DNA of 64,000 nt from Deltaproteobacteria bacterium (GTDB lineage: Bacteria; Desulfobacterota; Deferrimicrobia; Deferrimicrobiales; Deferrimicrobiaceae). The translations under genes and the position numbers were made by a program. The number at the start of each line of letters is the position of its first letter. Within the stretch, counting starts at the first letter, position 1. The notes under the pieces were generated by a model that was not told the DNA's origin, did not search any database, and saw only the letters and a list, made by a program, of their open reading frames with translations. Of this stretch, positions 44,477 to 53,496 are shown in pieces. Location of the stretch: contig JAKAHC010000002.1 of assembly GCA_021815305.1 (NCBI GenBank), positions 224,112 through 288,111 of the forward strand, given 5' to 3'.

Positions 44477-45853
44477 CTATTTCTCCGAACGGTTCTCCGG
44501 AACGAGCTTCCGGCGCCCGGGGAGAAGCATCCGCAGCAGGACGGCCTTGCGCGTTGCCGGGGTGACGGGGGCGTGTGCGGACCGGACCACGCCCGGGATC
44601 CAGAGGATCCTGCCGTCCGCATCGCAAACCACCGGCCGTCCCCGGCGCTCATCCCGCGGAACCTTTCTGTCGATGAGGATCTCCTTGACCCGCTTTTCGG
44701 TTTCCATCCCGAACGGACGAACCCGGTCCCCCGCCCGGAGGGGCCGGAGGATCACCGGGAACGCGACGGCCGATGCGTCGAACAGTTCCGCGTTTCCCTT
44801 CGCCGCGAGGCGCTTGGCCCGGGAGATCGTCGCATTCATCACCGCCTTGACGTGCAGGACCTGCGCCGTCGGCGCGCTCGCGGACACAGTGTGAACGAAC
44901 CGGGCCTCTCCGTACCGGTTGGCCAGCTCCCACCCCTTCCCGAGTTTCCGCCGTGCGGACGGCCCGCCGCCGCCGATCGTCTTGTCCATCCCGCGCAGCA
45001 ACCGCTCGTTCGGCGCCAGTCCGAGGCGATCGAAACAGATCCGCTGGAGGATCTTGACGCGCAGGATCGCCGGGATCCCGCGGAAGCCCTTCCGCGGGAT
45101 CCGCAGGATCGGTGCGGAGCTCGCCTCCTTCTTGACGTTCCTGCGGATCCATGCCCGGGCTTCCGCGTCCAGGTAATCGTCCAGTTCGCGGAACCGTTCC
45201 CCCAACGCAAAGATCCGCCGCTTCACGGATTTACCGTACCGTTTCACCAGCAGAGGCACCAGGATGTGGCGGATCCAGTTCCGCTCCGCGCGGGTGTCCC
45301 GGTTGGAGCGATCGATGCGATACGGTATCTTGTGTTTCTTTAAGTATTCTACTATATCCTCTTGCCATACATCGAAAATCGGACGAACGATACCGCCTTC
45401 AGAGACTCTCGGAATCCCTTTGAGCCCGGCGATTCCCGCCCCCTCCAGGAACCGCATCAGGATCGTCTCCACCTGATCGTCGGCGTGGTGCGCCACGGCG
45501 AGTTCCTTCGCACCGACGCGACGGCAGAGATCCGTCAGCCAGGCGTACCGAATCTTGCGGGCATCGTTCTCGAAACCGGACGGGAAACTCCGCGATGCCC
45601 CCATGGTTCGCGTCAAGAGACCGGCTTTCCCCAAATTCAGGATTTCCGTTTCCAATCGAAATTTTTTCGCGGTTTCTTCAACCAGCACCTGGTCCTTGTC
45701 CGATTCCTTGCCACGAAATCCGTAGTTTACGTGTCCCAGGACGATTCGACGTGTTTCCTCCCGCAGGAGACGGTCCAGCAGGAACATGGAATCCGGTCCG
45801 CCCGATACCGCGGCGATCAACGCCGGACCCTGCGGTTTGGTGCTCTTGCCCAT
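44477..45853 (-). CDS. tilS: tRNA(Ile)-lysidine synthetase.
   Basis: The PP-loop AAVSGGPDS and a HHADDQVETILMR motif are present. The start is the ATG at 45853. Confidence 0.8.
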   Translation of the reverse strand: MGKSTKPQGPALIAAVSGGPDSMFLLDRLLREETRRIVLGHVNYGFRGKESDKDQVLVEETAKKFRLETEILNLGKAGLLTRTMGASRSFPSGFENDARKIRYAWLTDLCRRVGAKELAVAHHADDQVETILMRFLEGAGIAGLKGIPRVSEGGIVRPIFDVWQEDIVEYLKKHKIPYRIDRSNRDTRAERNWIRHILVPLLVKRYGKSVKRRIFALGERFRELDDYLDAEARAWIRRNVKKEASSAPILRIPRKGFRGIPAILRVKILQRICFDRLGLAPNERLLRGMDKTIGGGGPSARRKLGKGWELANRYGEARFVHTVSASAPTAQVLHVKAVMNATISRAKRLAAKGNAELFDASAVAFPVILRPLRAGDRVRPFGMETEKRVKEILIDRKVPRDERRGRPVVCDADGRILWIPGVVRSAHAPVTPATRKAVLLRMLLPGRRKLVPENRSEK

Positions 45854-45911
45854 GATCCGTAATTGTGGAGGGTTTTTCCCGGCGCCGCAAGACCGCGGGC
45901 CGCTTGCGGAT

Positions 45912-46982
45912 CTACTTCTTGAGGATCTTGCCCTGTGTCGGAGGAGTCGGTCCCTCATTCAAAACACGCCAGTACAGTGCGGCGGACATCGGGGATGTGC
46001 CCCCCGAGTCCAGGACCGATCGCACCGCAAAATACACCTTTTCGTTTTTGGACATGCCATAGGTCACGGGATTGAAGTCGATAAAATTCCCGGAGAGGGA
46101 GGATACCATGACGGAAACCGACCCGGCAGGAAACGCCGGGTCGGTGCTCCAGTAGATGTTGTACCGAACGGTACGGCCCGCTTCGAGGGGAGTTCCATCG
46201 GAGTAGGTCGTTATGCCATCCCAGGATAATTCCCATATCTCCGTGGCGGGAGCGGATGGCGCGGCGGGCGAGGCGGACGAGATCGGTCCGGTGATGCCGA
46301 TATTCGCAGGCACCGCCGGAATCCGTGCCGGCACGTCGACAACGTTCACGCTCTTGGTCGCCGTCTTTGTGGTCCCGCCGCTGGTGTAGCCGGCCGTCAC
46401 CGTCACGCTCTGGGTCGCCGTCACCTGCGCCGCCGTCAGCACCCCGCTCGAACTGATCGTCGCGTAACCGGTCGACACGCTCCAGGTCGGGGACACCGAG
46501 GTGGTCGTGTTGTCGCTCCAGGTTGCCGTCGCCGTGTAGGTGGAGGTCGACCCCTCGTTCACGGAAGAGGCGCCGGCGATCGACAGGCCGCTCAAAGTCG
46601 GGGCTGGAGGAGTCACTACCGGTACGACCCACGCGTACGCGGGGGAAAGCGCCGATACCTCGCCCGTGCTCAGCGCGGCGCTCGCCGTGAAGTAGGCGGT
46701 CGCTCCGCGTGTCATTCCCTGCACGTCCGGGTCGAAGGTCGTTGAAGTGGCGGTCAGCCCCGTGGCGATGGGATGGAGGGACGTCAGGCTTGCGCTTGCT
46801 GACCAGTACACCGAGTACGTGACGGTGATTCCCCCGCCGATCGTCGTGCCATCCGTGTAGGTCGTGACCGGGTCCCAGGAAACGGTCCGGGTTTCCGCCG
46901 ATGCGTTTTCACGGAGCGCAAGGAGGAGACCGAGGGTCAAAAAAACCAAGGACGCCTTCCGAAAGCCCCTCGCCCTCGACAT
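45912..46982 (-). CDS. Secreted Ser/Thr-rich protein with fibronectin-III-like modules at both ends.
   Basis: A signal peptide is followed by a W-D-P..Y.DGT...Y.VYW module near the N-terminus and another near the C-terminus. The centre is S/T-rich. The ATG abuts the upstream lipoprotein stop (TAAATG). Confidence 0.55.
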   Translation of the reverse strand: MSRARGFRKASLVFLTLGLLLALRENASAETRTVSWDPVTTYTDGTTIGGGITVTYSVYWSASASLTSLHPIATGLTATSTTFDPDVQGMTRGATAYFTASAALSTGEVSALSPAYAWVVPVVTPPAPTLSGLSIAGASSVNEGSTSTYTATATWSDNTTTSVSPTWSVSTGYATISSSGVLTAAQVTATQSVTVTAGYTSGGTTKTATKSVNVVDVPARIPAVPANIGITGPISSASPAAPSAPATEIWELSWDGITTYSDGTPLEAGRTVRYNIYWSTDPAFPAGSVSVMVSSLSGNFIDFNPVTYGMSKNEKVYFAVRSVLDSGGTSPMSAALYWRVLNEGPTPPTQGKILKK

Positions 46983-47432
46983 TTAGCTGCGAGTCCAGAC
47001 GACCGGCGTCATGAAAGCCGATTTTTGTTTGTCGACCCCGACCGCTTTCAAGGAAACGTAGAGCTGGCTTCCCGAAGGAAGGTTCGGCAGGAGATTCAGG
47101 TTAAACTCCGTGACCAGCGATTTGACGATCGTTTGCCCGTCCTGCGAAGGAACGTCCGCCACGGAGGCCACCTCGGCAACCGGAAGATCGGTGTCGGCGA
47201 AATTCGGGTCCTGGCGGACGTAGATCTCGTAAAAATCCAGATCCTGGGCCGGATCCATGACGGTGTTGTCGTTATACGCGGCGGGAGGCGTCCATGTGAG
47301 GGCCGTAACGGGGCCTGCCGGAGGGGGCGGCGCAATCCCTTGGGAAGTGACTCCTCCACCCCCGCATCCGGTCAACAACCCGCCAAGTGCGATCCCCCCG
47401 ATCAGGCACCCCAGGTGATTCCGTCGAAACAT
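46983..47432 (-). CDS. FN3-like lipoprotein, a paralog of the 57971-58363 gene.
   Basis: The start was chosen at MFRRNHLGCLIGGIALGGLLTGC, where the ATG at 47432 has GGAGGGAA upstream. This gives a lipoprotein signal with lipobox LTGC. A LTWTPP..Y.DNT...DLDFYEIYV module follows. Confidence 0.6.
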   Translation of the reverse strand: MFRRNHLGCLIGGIALGGLLTGCGGGGVTSQGIAPPPPAGPVTALTWTPPAAYNDNTVMDPAQDLDFYEIYVRQDPNFADTDLPVAEVASVADVPSQDGQTIVKSLVTEFNLNLLPNLPSGSQLYVSLKAVGVDKQKSAFMTPVVWTRS

Positions 47433-47731
47433 CGCAATTCCCTCCACAGCCCGATACCTGTTCGCAATGGACTGTCATCCCCCGTTTCTCAAATTACGTG
47501 CCATCAGGGGTTCCGGGAATTGCGGAAAAACATCTTCTCAACATACTGATAAACATATGGATTCACCGTAAACACCGAAAGACAACAAACAATAAAAAAA
47601 CACATTCGCGTTTGTTCTTTCAGCATCGAAAGAAAAATTTCACAAATGATATTTTCAGGAGGGCAATCGAAGAGTCACAGAAACCCAATTCCCCGGATTC
47701 GCAGTGAAACCCATGATGTGGCCTCCTGCGA

Positions 47732-49906
47732 TCAGGAGGACTTCAGCTTCTCCAACGTTTTCTTTGCCTCCGCCGCCCCGGGAAATTTCGGGTCCATCGA
47801 CAGCGCGGCCTTGAGCTCCGCCGCCGCCTCCTTCTGTTTCCCCTTTTTCGCCAGCACCATTCCATAATGGTACCGGACGCTGGGGTTCCCCTTGGCCTTG
47901 CCCGCCGCTTCGGCGATCAGGGGGAGCGCCGAATCGTACAACTCCTTCCGGTAGAAAACCCATCCAAGGGTGTCCGCCACGTTGGGGTCTTCCGGCGCCG
48001 CTTCCCGGGCCGTCTGGGCGAATTTCAGCGCCTCGTCGAGGTTCCCGCCGCCGTCGGCAAGGTTCGCAGCCAGGTTGTTCGCGGCCAGGGGGTTTTTCGG
48101 GGAAAGCGAGAGCACCGCGCGGTATTCCTTGTTCGCATCGTCGATCCTTCCCATCGAATTGAGGACCATCCCGAGCAGCAAGTGCCCCCCGGTATTTTTC
48201 TCGTTCCGCTCGACCACCTTCCGCAGACGCTTCTCGGCTTCCGGAAATTTCTTTTGCGAGGCGTACAACACCCCCAGCCGATAGTACGGCGATGTGAAAT
48301 CCGGCGCGAGCTCGATCGCCTTCAGGAACGCCGCCTCGCCTTCGGCCGGCTTGCCGGTGGCGACGAGGAAACGTCCCGAGAGGTCCCAGAGCAGCGGGTT
48401 TTTCGGCTCGTTCGCCATCACGTCGTCGAGCACCCTCTTCGCCTTCGCCGCATCCTTCGCGGCGGCGAGCGCGAAGACGTATTCGTTGATCGCCGTGAGG
48501 TCCTTCGGGTTTTTCCCTACCGCCTGGCCGAAGAACCCAGCGGCCTCCGCCGGCTTTCCCTGCAGCTTCCGCGAAAACCCCATTTTCATGTAGCCTGCGG
48601 GGTTTTTCGGCATCTGCCGGATCATCGCCTGGTAGATCTGCTCCGCCTTCTTCCACTCCTTCCGCGCGAGGTACGAGTCTGCGAGAAGCGCCGCCGCCAT
48701 CGCGTTGGAGGGGTTGCGCCGCAACACCTCGATTGCCGCTTTTTCCGCCCCTTCCGGATCGTTGGCCTGAAGGGAAACCTGCCCGAGGATCATCTGGGCG
48801 CGAGCATTCGCCGGTTCGAGCCGGACCGCCTCCTTGATATCCTTTCTCCCCGCCTCGATCTGCCCCTGCTGGATTTCCGCCAAACCGTTGTAGAGGCGGG
48901 CGGGCGCCATGTTCGCATCCTGCCGGATCACTTCCCCGAAAAGGGCCATCGCATCATCGGGGCGCTTCTCCATCAGCGCGATGCGGCCTTTGAGGTATTT
49001 GCCGTCCAGGTCCTTGTCGTTCTCTTTCAGGATGGCGTCGACGATCGGTTTCGCCTCCGACACCTTCCCCGCCTCGAGCCTGATCTCCGCCAGCACCTTG
49101 CGCGCCTTCTGGGAGTTCATCTCCTTGATGACCGCGTTCAGTTCCTTTTCGCTTTCATCCATACGTCCCTGGAACAGGTAATGCTCCGCCAGGGCGATCC
49201 GGACGCCCTCCTTGTCCTTGGAAAGCCCGATCGCCTTGCGGTACTCCTTTTCCCCTTCGTCGGGTTCTCCCGAAACGAAGAAGAAGTTCCCGCGCGTAAC
49301 GCGCACGTCCGCGGAGTCCGGATCGGCGGCGAGCGCCTTGTCGTACCATTCCTGCGCACTTTTCCGGTCATGCTTCAGGAGGTAAAGGTTGCCGGCGGCG
49401 AGCAGCGTGCGTACACGCTTTGGGTCAAGCCCTGCGGCTTTTTTCAGCTTCGCGATCCCCTCATCCACCTTTCCCGAGCGTACCGCGAGGGCGGACTGCA
49501 AGATGTACCCTTGAGGATCCTGGGGACGGCTCTTCACCAGGTTGTCGGCGATCTGCACGGCCTCGTCTTTCTTCCCGGCGGCGACGTAGATCTCTCCCAG
49601 CTTGCCCAGGGCATCGAAGTTGCCCGGATCGAGTTCCACCGTCCTCTTCAGTTCCTGGAACGCCGTGCGGAGATCCTTCGACTCCATCGACGCCTTGGCG
49701 AGCTTCCAGTGCGCCTGGGCGTTGTTTGGAACCGCCTTGACGGCGTTCCTGTATTCGATCACCGCTTCACGGAACTTCGCCTGCTTTGCGTATTCGTCAC
49801 CGAGTTTGACATACTTGGCCAACATGGCCTCGGGCGATCTCGAACAGGTGGAGAGGAAAGCAGACAATACCAGGAGATAGACGATCCGAACGCCCGGATA
49901 CCGCAT
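47732..49906 (-). CDS. TPR-repeat lipoprotein, similar to the PEP-CTERM system protein PrsT.
   Basis: This 724-aa ORF has a signal peptide with lipobox LSTC followed by more than 15 TPR repeats. Confidence 0.75.
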   Translation of the reverse strand: MRYPGVRIVYLLVLSAFLSTCSRSPEAMLAKYVKLGDEYAKQAKFREAVIEYRNAVKAVPNNAQAHWKLAKASMESKDLRTAFQELKRTVELDPGNFDALGKLGEIYVAAGKKDEAVQIADNLVKSRPQDPQGYILQSALAVRSGKVDEGIAKLKKAAGLDPKRVRTLLAAGNLYLLKHDRKSAQEWYDKALAADPDSADVRVTRGNFFFVSGEPDEGEKEYRKAIGLSKDKEGVRIALAEHYLFQGRMDESEKELNAVIKEMNSQKARKVLAEIRLEAGKVSEAKPIVDAILKENDKDLDGKYLKGRIALMEKRPDDAMALFGEVIRQDANMAPARLYNGLAEIQQGQIEAGRKDIKEAVRLEPANARAQMILGQVSLQANDPEGAEKAAIEVLRRNPSNAMAAALLADSYLARKEWKKAEQIYQAMIRQMPKNPAGYMKMGFSRKLQGKPAEAAGFFGQAVGKNPKDLTAINEYVFALAAAKDAAKAKRVLDDVMANEPKNPLLWDLSGRFLVATGKPAEGEAAFLKAIELAPDFTSPYYRLGVLYASQKKFPEAEKRLRKVVERNEKNTGGHLLLGMVLNSMGRIDDANKEYRAVLSLSPKNPLAANNLAANLADGGGNLDEALKFAQTAREAAPEDPNVADTLGWVFYRKELYDSALPLIAEAAGKAKGNPSVRYHYGMVLAKKGKQKEAAAELKAALSMDPKFPGAAEAKKTLEKLKSS

Positions 49907-50150
49907 GCGCGCCTCCGAAGAAATCGTCCGATATTTTCGACAACGATAGGGTTTCTCGCGGGAAAGATCAAGGAGAAGAAAAATAAAAGGAGTAAAAAAA
50001 AAGAAAAGACACAGGGGTCAAAAAATCCCCAATTGCGTAATATAAAAGGTAAAAGTAGAAGTATTTTACACAGCGGCTCCGACCGTAAGTGGAAATGAGC
50101 CATGAACCATCTGTTTTTGAAAGGATATTTATCGTAACGAGAGGACCGGT

Positions 50151-50167
50151 CCGGGCGCGAAAATTGC
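50151..50167 (+). promoter_or_regulatory. Sigma-54 (-24/-12) promoter candidate for the GGDEF/HD-GYP gene.
   Basis: The sequence reads gGGCgCG-AAAA-TTGC with GG and GC exactly 12 nt apart. It lies about 45 nt upstream of the GTG start. Confidence 0.5.
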
Positions 50168-50213
50168 TTTTATCGTTGCAATATTTGTTCATTTGCGCAC
50201 AAAGGGGAGTTCC

Positions 50214-52376
50214 GTGGCGCCGATCGACCTGAAAAACCTGCCCCGTTGCACCATCGACTTCCCGCTCGAGATCTCCCCGGAAGAGATCGGCTCGCTCGCG
50301 GCCCCCGTCAACACCCTCCTGAAAAGCAGCTACCTCCTCGGGACGTCGTTCGACACCGAGGTCACCTTCCAATCCCTGTTCGACATTGCCGAGGAGATCG
50401 CCGGGGTCGAGGCGTGCGGGCTGCTGCTTGCCGCCGAGAATGCCCAGGATCCGTGGGAACTGAAGGTCAGCCGCCGGATCAACCCCGCCCCCGCGCCGGA
50501 TCATTTGCAGAACCTGGTCGCCCCCGCCATGATCGCGGCCCAATTCGGCAAGGGGATTTCCATGGACCCCCAGTGGGGGCCGTGGTCCGCGCCGGTTTGC
50601 GAAGCGTGGTCCTCCAGGTCCCTGGTCGCATTTCCGTTACAGAGGGACCGGGAAGTGGCGGGGGCGATCGTTTTCGGCAAGCAGGACTCGCACCCCTTCA
50701 CCAACGTGCAGGTAAAATTGCTCTGGTCCCTGTCGCTGCAGGCGGAAAACCACCTTCAGCGCAGCGAGTCGGTGAAGGCCCTTTCCCTGTATTCCTTTCT
50801 TGACCCGTTGACCCATCTCTACAACCGCAGATATTTCGACAACCAGATCGAAAAGGAAATTCTCCGGTCGCGCCGCACCGGAGAGCCGTTCAGCCTCCTC
50901 ATGCTCGACCTCGACGGTTTCAAGGCTTACAACGACCGGTTTCTCCACACCGCGGGCGACATCGCCCTGCAGGAATTCGCCATTATCCTGGGGGGCAGCG
51001 TGCGCGAGGTCGACACGGTAGCGCGGCTGGGCGGCGACGAATTCATCGTCATTCTACTGAAGGGGGACGAGGAAGGGGCCCAGGCCCTGGCCCACCGGGT
51101 CGTCCATCGGTTCCAGCGCCATCTCCTGCCCGGGGACGGCGACAGCCGCACCGAGCGGTTGTCGGTGAGCATCGGAGTGGCGTCGTTCCCGTCGGACTCC
51201 TTCGACAAGACCGACCTGTTGAACAAGGCGGACCGCGCCCTCTCCATCGCCAAATCCCGGGGCGGCGGCCAGGTGTGCACCGTCATCGACACCTTCGATG
51301 CGGCTCCGAAGAAAAGCCCGACGGCCGATGTCCCGATCCGGAAGATCTACGACGCGAGCCGGTCAGTGGTGGACATGGACAAGTTCCTCGAGATCCTCCT
51401 TTTCACCGGGATGCAGGGGCTCTCCGCCGGCCGCGGCTCCATCGTCGTGAAAGGCGCCGAGGGCGATTTCTCCCTTTGCGCCGCAATCGGTTTTTCCCGG
51501 CACGAGGAGCACCTTGCCGCGGGGCCTTTCCGACCCGGCCCGATCACCGCATGGGTGGTGGAACACCAGGTCCCGCTGGTCGTATCCCGGTCGGAGGATT
51601 CGCCGTTTTGCCCGACACCGAAAAAAAACGGCTACCAGACCGATTCGTTCCTGTCGATCCCATTGACGCACAAAGGCCGCGCGCTGGGGGCGCTCCACCT
51701 GACCAACCGCAAGGACCAGAGGCCGTTCACCCGGGAAGACCTCAAGACCTTTACCCCGATCTCTTCCGAAGTTGCCGCGATCCTTGCCCAGGGGATGGAC
51801 TTTCGGGAGAACGTCCGCGCCTTCTCCCTCTCCATCCTGTCCTCGTTGTCCGACGCGCTCGAACTTCGCTTCCCCTTCCTCTCGGGGCACTCGGGCCGCG
51901 TGCGGGACCTTTCCTTGCGGGTCGGGGAACGGATAGGCATGGAAAAAGAGGACCTCACCGCACTTCGCTTTGCGGCCGACCTGCACGACGTCGGGATCGT
52001 CGGCATCCCCGCGAACATCCTTTCAAAGAAGCACCGACTGAACGACCGCGAGATGGAGATGGTCCGGAAACATCCGTTCCTGGGATCGAAGATGCTGGAA
52101 GGGGTCCCGGGAATGGAAGCGACCCGCCGGGCGATCCTCGAGCACCACGAGAAATTCGACGGTTCGGGATACCCGTACGGTCTTCGCGGGGAGGACATTT
52201 CCCTTCCCGCCCGCATCCTCTCCGTGGCCGAGTTCTACGACGCCATCATCACGGATCGGCCGTACCGCGGCAGCCTGCAGCCCCAGGAAGGGTTGCAGTT
52301 GGTTCGCTCCGGCGCGAACACCCTCTTCGACCCCGAGGTGGCGCGGCTGTTCGCGGAATATGCATCCCCCCACTGA
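50214..52376 (+). CDS. GAF-GGDEF-GAF-HD-GYP multidomain c-di-GMP signalling protein (putative diguanylate cyclase/phosphodiesterase).
   Basis: The GGDEF domain carries an intact RLGGDEF motif. The HD-GYP domain (HDVG...HHEKFDGSGYP) is flanked by GAF-like regions. A GTG start at 50214 has AAGGGGAG upstream. The TTG at 50193 is the alternative. Confidence 0.8.
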   Translation: MAPIDLKNLPRCTIDFPLEISPEEIGSLAAPVNTLLKSSYLLGTSFDTEVTFQSLFDIAEEIAGVEACGLLLAAENAQDPWELKVSRRINPAPAPDHLQNLVAPAMIAAQFGKGISMDPQWGPWSAPVCEAWSSRSLVAFPLQRDREVAGAIVFGKQDSHPFTNVQVKLLWSLSLQAENHLQRSESVKALSLYSFLDPLTHLYNRRYFDNQIEKEILRSRRTGEPFSLLMLDLDGFKAYNDRFLHTAGDIALQEFAIILGGSVREVDTVARLGGDEFIVILLKGDEEGAQALAHRVVHRFQRHLLPGDGDSRTERLSVSIGVASFPSDSFDKTDLLNKADRALSIAKSRGGGQVCTVIDTFDAAPKKSPTADVPIRKIYDASRSVVDMDKFLEILLFTGMQGLSAGRGSIVVKGAEGDFSLCAAIGFSRHEEHLAAGPFRPGPITAWVVEHQVPLVVSRSEDSPFCPTPKKNGYQTDSFLSIPLTHKGRALGALHLTNRKDQRPFTREDLKTFTPISSEVAAILAQGMDFRENVRAFSLSILSSLSDALELRFPFLSGHSGRVRDLSLRVGERIGMEKEDLTALRFAADLHDVGIVGIPANILSKKHRLNDREMEMVRKHPFLGSKMLEGVPGMEATRRAILEHHEKFDGSGYPYGLRGEDISLPARILSVAEFYDAIITDRPYRGSLQPQEGLQLVRSGANTLFDPEVARLFAEYASPH

Positions 52377-52526
52377 TCACCGCCCCAGGAAAATAATTAC
52401 CCTTCCGGAGCCCCTCCCCCCAACAGATAGGCAATTCATTTCCCACCCATTGAAAACCAAAGATTCGGACAATATATTTTAATTTACAATTCAAATACTT
52501 ACAAATTTATACCCATAGGCCGCATT

Positions 52527-52542
52527 TGGCATGCCCGTTGCG
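52527..52542 (+). promoter_or_regulatory. Sigma-54 promoter candidate for PEP-CTERM protein 1.
   Basis: The sequence reads TGGCAT-GCCCG-TTGCG, a perfect GG-N10-GC spacing. It lies about 55 nt upstream of the ATG at 52597. Confidence 0.6.
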
Positions 52543-52596
52543 TTAATACCACTTGTAACAAAGGGAACATATCCGGGAGAAGAAGAGGAAGCCGCA

Positions 52597-53292
52597 ATGA
52601 CAAAAAGAGTACGAATCGGGATGGTGGTGTTCGGGGTTGTCCTTTCCCTCCTGTTCGGAGTGCCTTCGTTTGCCGCCAGTGTCAATATCGGCGATACCGT
52701 CCAATTTTCCTTCGCCCCCAATCATGCTTCGGGATTCCCGGGGGGAGCTTTCCTTGCGAAGGACCTCACCTCGGGAACTTCATGGCTTTCCTTTTGCCTC
52801 GAACATAACGAATACATCACGTTGGGTGCGAATTACCGAATCGACACGATCGGTCCCGATGCGGTCGGCGGGGGCGTCGGAAACTCAGGGACCCCAGGGG
52901 TCCTTGGCAAGACAGGAAGTTCCGACCCGATTTCCTCCCAGACCGCCTATCTGTATTATCGGTATGCAACCGGCGGGATTCCCGGAGTTTCGGGAGCGGG
53001 CACCGGAGCGCAGCAGCAGGCGCTTCAGAATGTGTTCTGGTACCTTGAAAACGAAATCTTCTCCCCTCCGGGGGGAGCATTGTTCCAGCAGTATCTGGCG
53101 ATTGCACAAACGGCGACCGAGGGGCAACACTACGACGTTTTCGCGGTGAATCCCAATACCCTGGCGGGAACACGGGCGCAGAGCCAGCTCGTGTACCTGC
53201 CGGTATCCGTGCCGGAAGCAGGGACTTTGTTGCTGTTCGGCAGCGGCCTGGTCGGCCTGGTCGGTTATCGACGAGTGCGCCGGATGCAATAA
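52597..53292 (+). CDS. PEP-CTERM sorting-domain protein (putative exosortase substrate).
   Basis: The N-terminus MTKRVRIGMVVFGVVLSLLFGVPSFAAS is a signal peptide. The C-terminus VPEAGTLLLFGSGLVGLVGYRRVRRMQ has the PEP motif, a TM helix and an Arg cluster. Confidence 0.8.
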   Translation: MTKRVRIGMVVFGVVLSLLFGVPSFAASVNIGDTVQFSFAPNHASGFPGGAFLAKDLTSGTSWLSFCLEHNEYITLGANYRIDTIGPDAVGGGVGNSGTPGVLGKTGSSDPISSQTAYLYYRYATGGIPGVSGAGTGAQQQALQNVFWYLENEIFSPPGGALFQQYLAIAQTATEGQHYDVFAVNPNTLAGTRAQSQLVYLPVSVPEAGTLLLFGSGLVGLVGYRRVRRMQ

Positions 53293-53424
53293 GTTTTCCC
53301 CGGATTTCATCCGGATTGGAAAGATTGGCCAAATGATTACCCACTCTCCGGAGCCTTCGAGGATGCTGTTTTATATTCACCTGGAAATTCAGTGAGTTAA
53401 ACACGCGTTACCAGCCGTTGTTGT

Positions 53425-53440
53425 TGGCACAAATACTGCG
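53425..53440 (+). promoter_or_regulatory. Sigma-54 promoter candidate for PEP-CTERM protein 2.
   Basis: The sequence reads TGGCAC-AAATA-CTGCG, about 57 nt upstream of the ATG at 53497. Confidence 0.55.
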
Positions 53441-53496
53441 TAATGTTCGGGTAACCGTTTTTGGACATACCCTGCAAGACGATCGGAGGATGTTGT

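Noticed and set aside
47387-47707. A 106-aa plus-strand ORF in the AT-rich spacer between the lipoprotein operon and the TPR gene.
   Set aside because: It has no SD and a low-complexity, K/N-rich AT-region translation. The region is better explained as the promoter region of the minus-strand lipoprotein operon.
47655-48656. A 333-aa minus-strand ORF inside the TPR gene region.
   Set aside because: It is an alternative frame of the PrsT-like gene with R/G-rich composition. The TPR reading frame has clear repeat structure and a lipoprotein signal.
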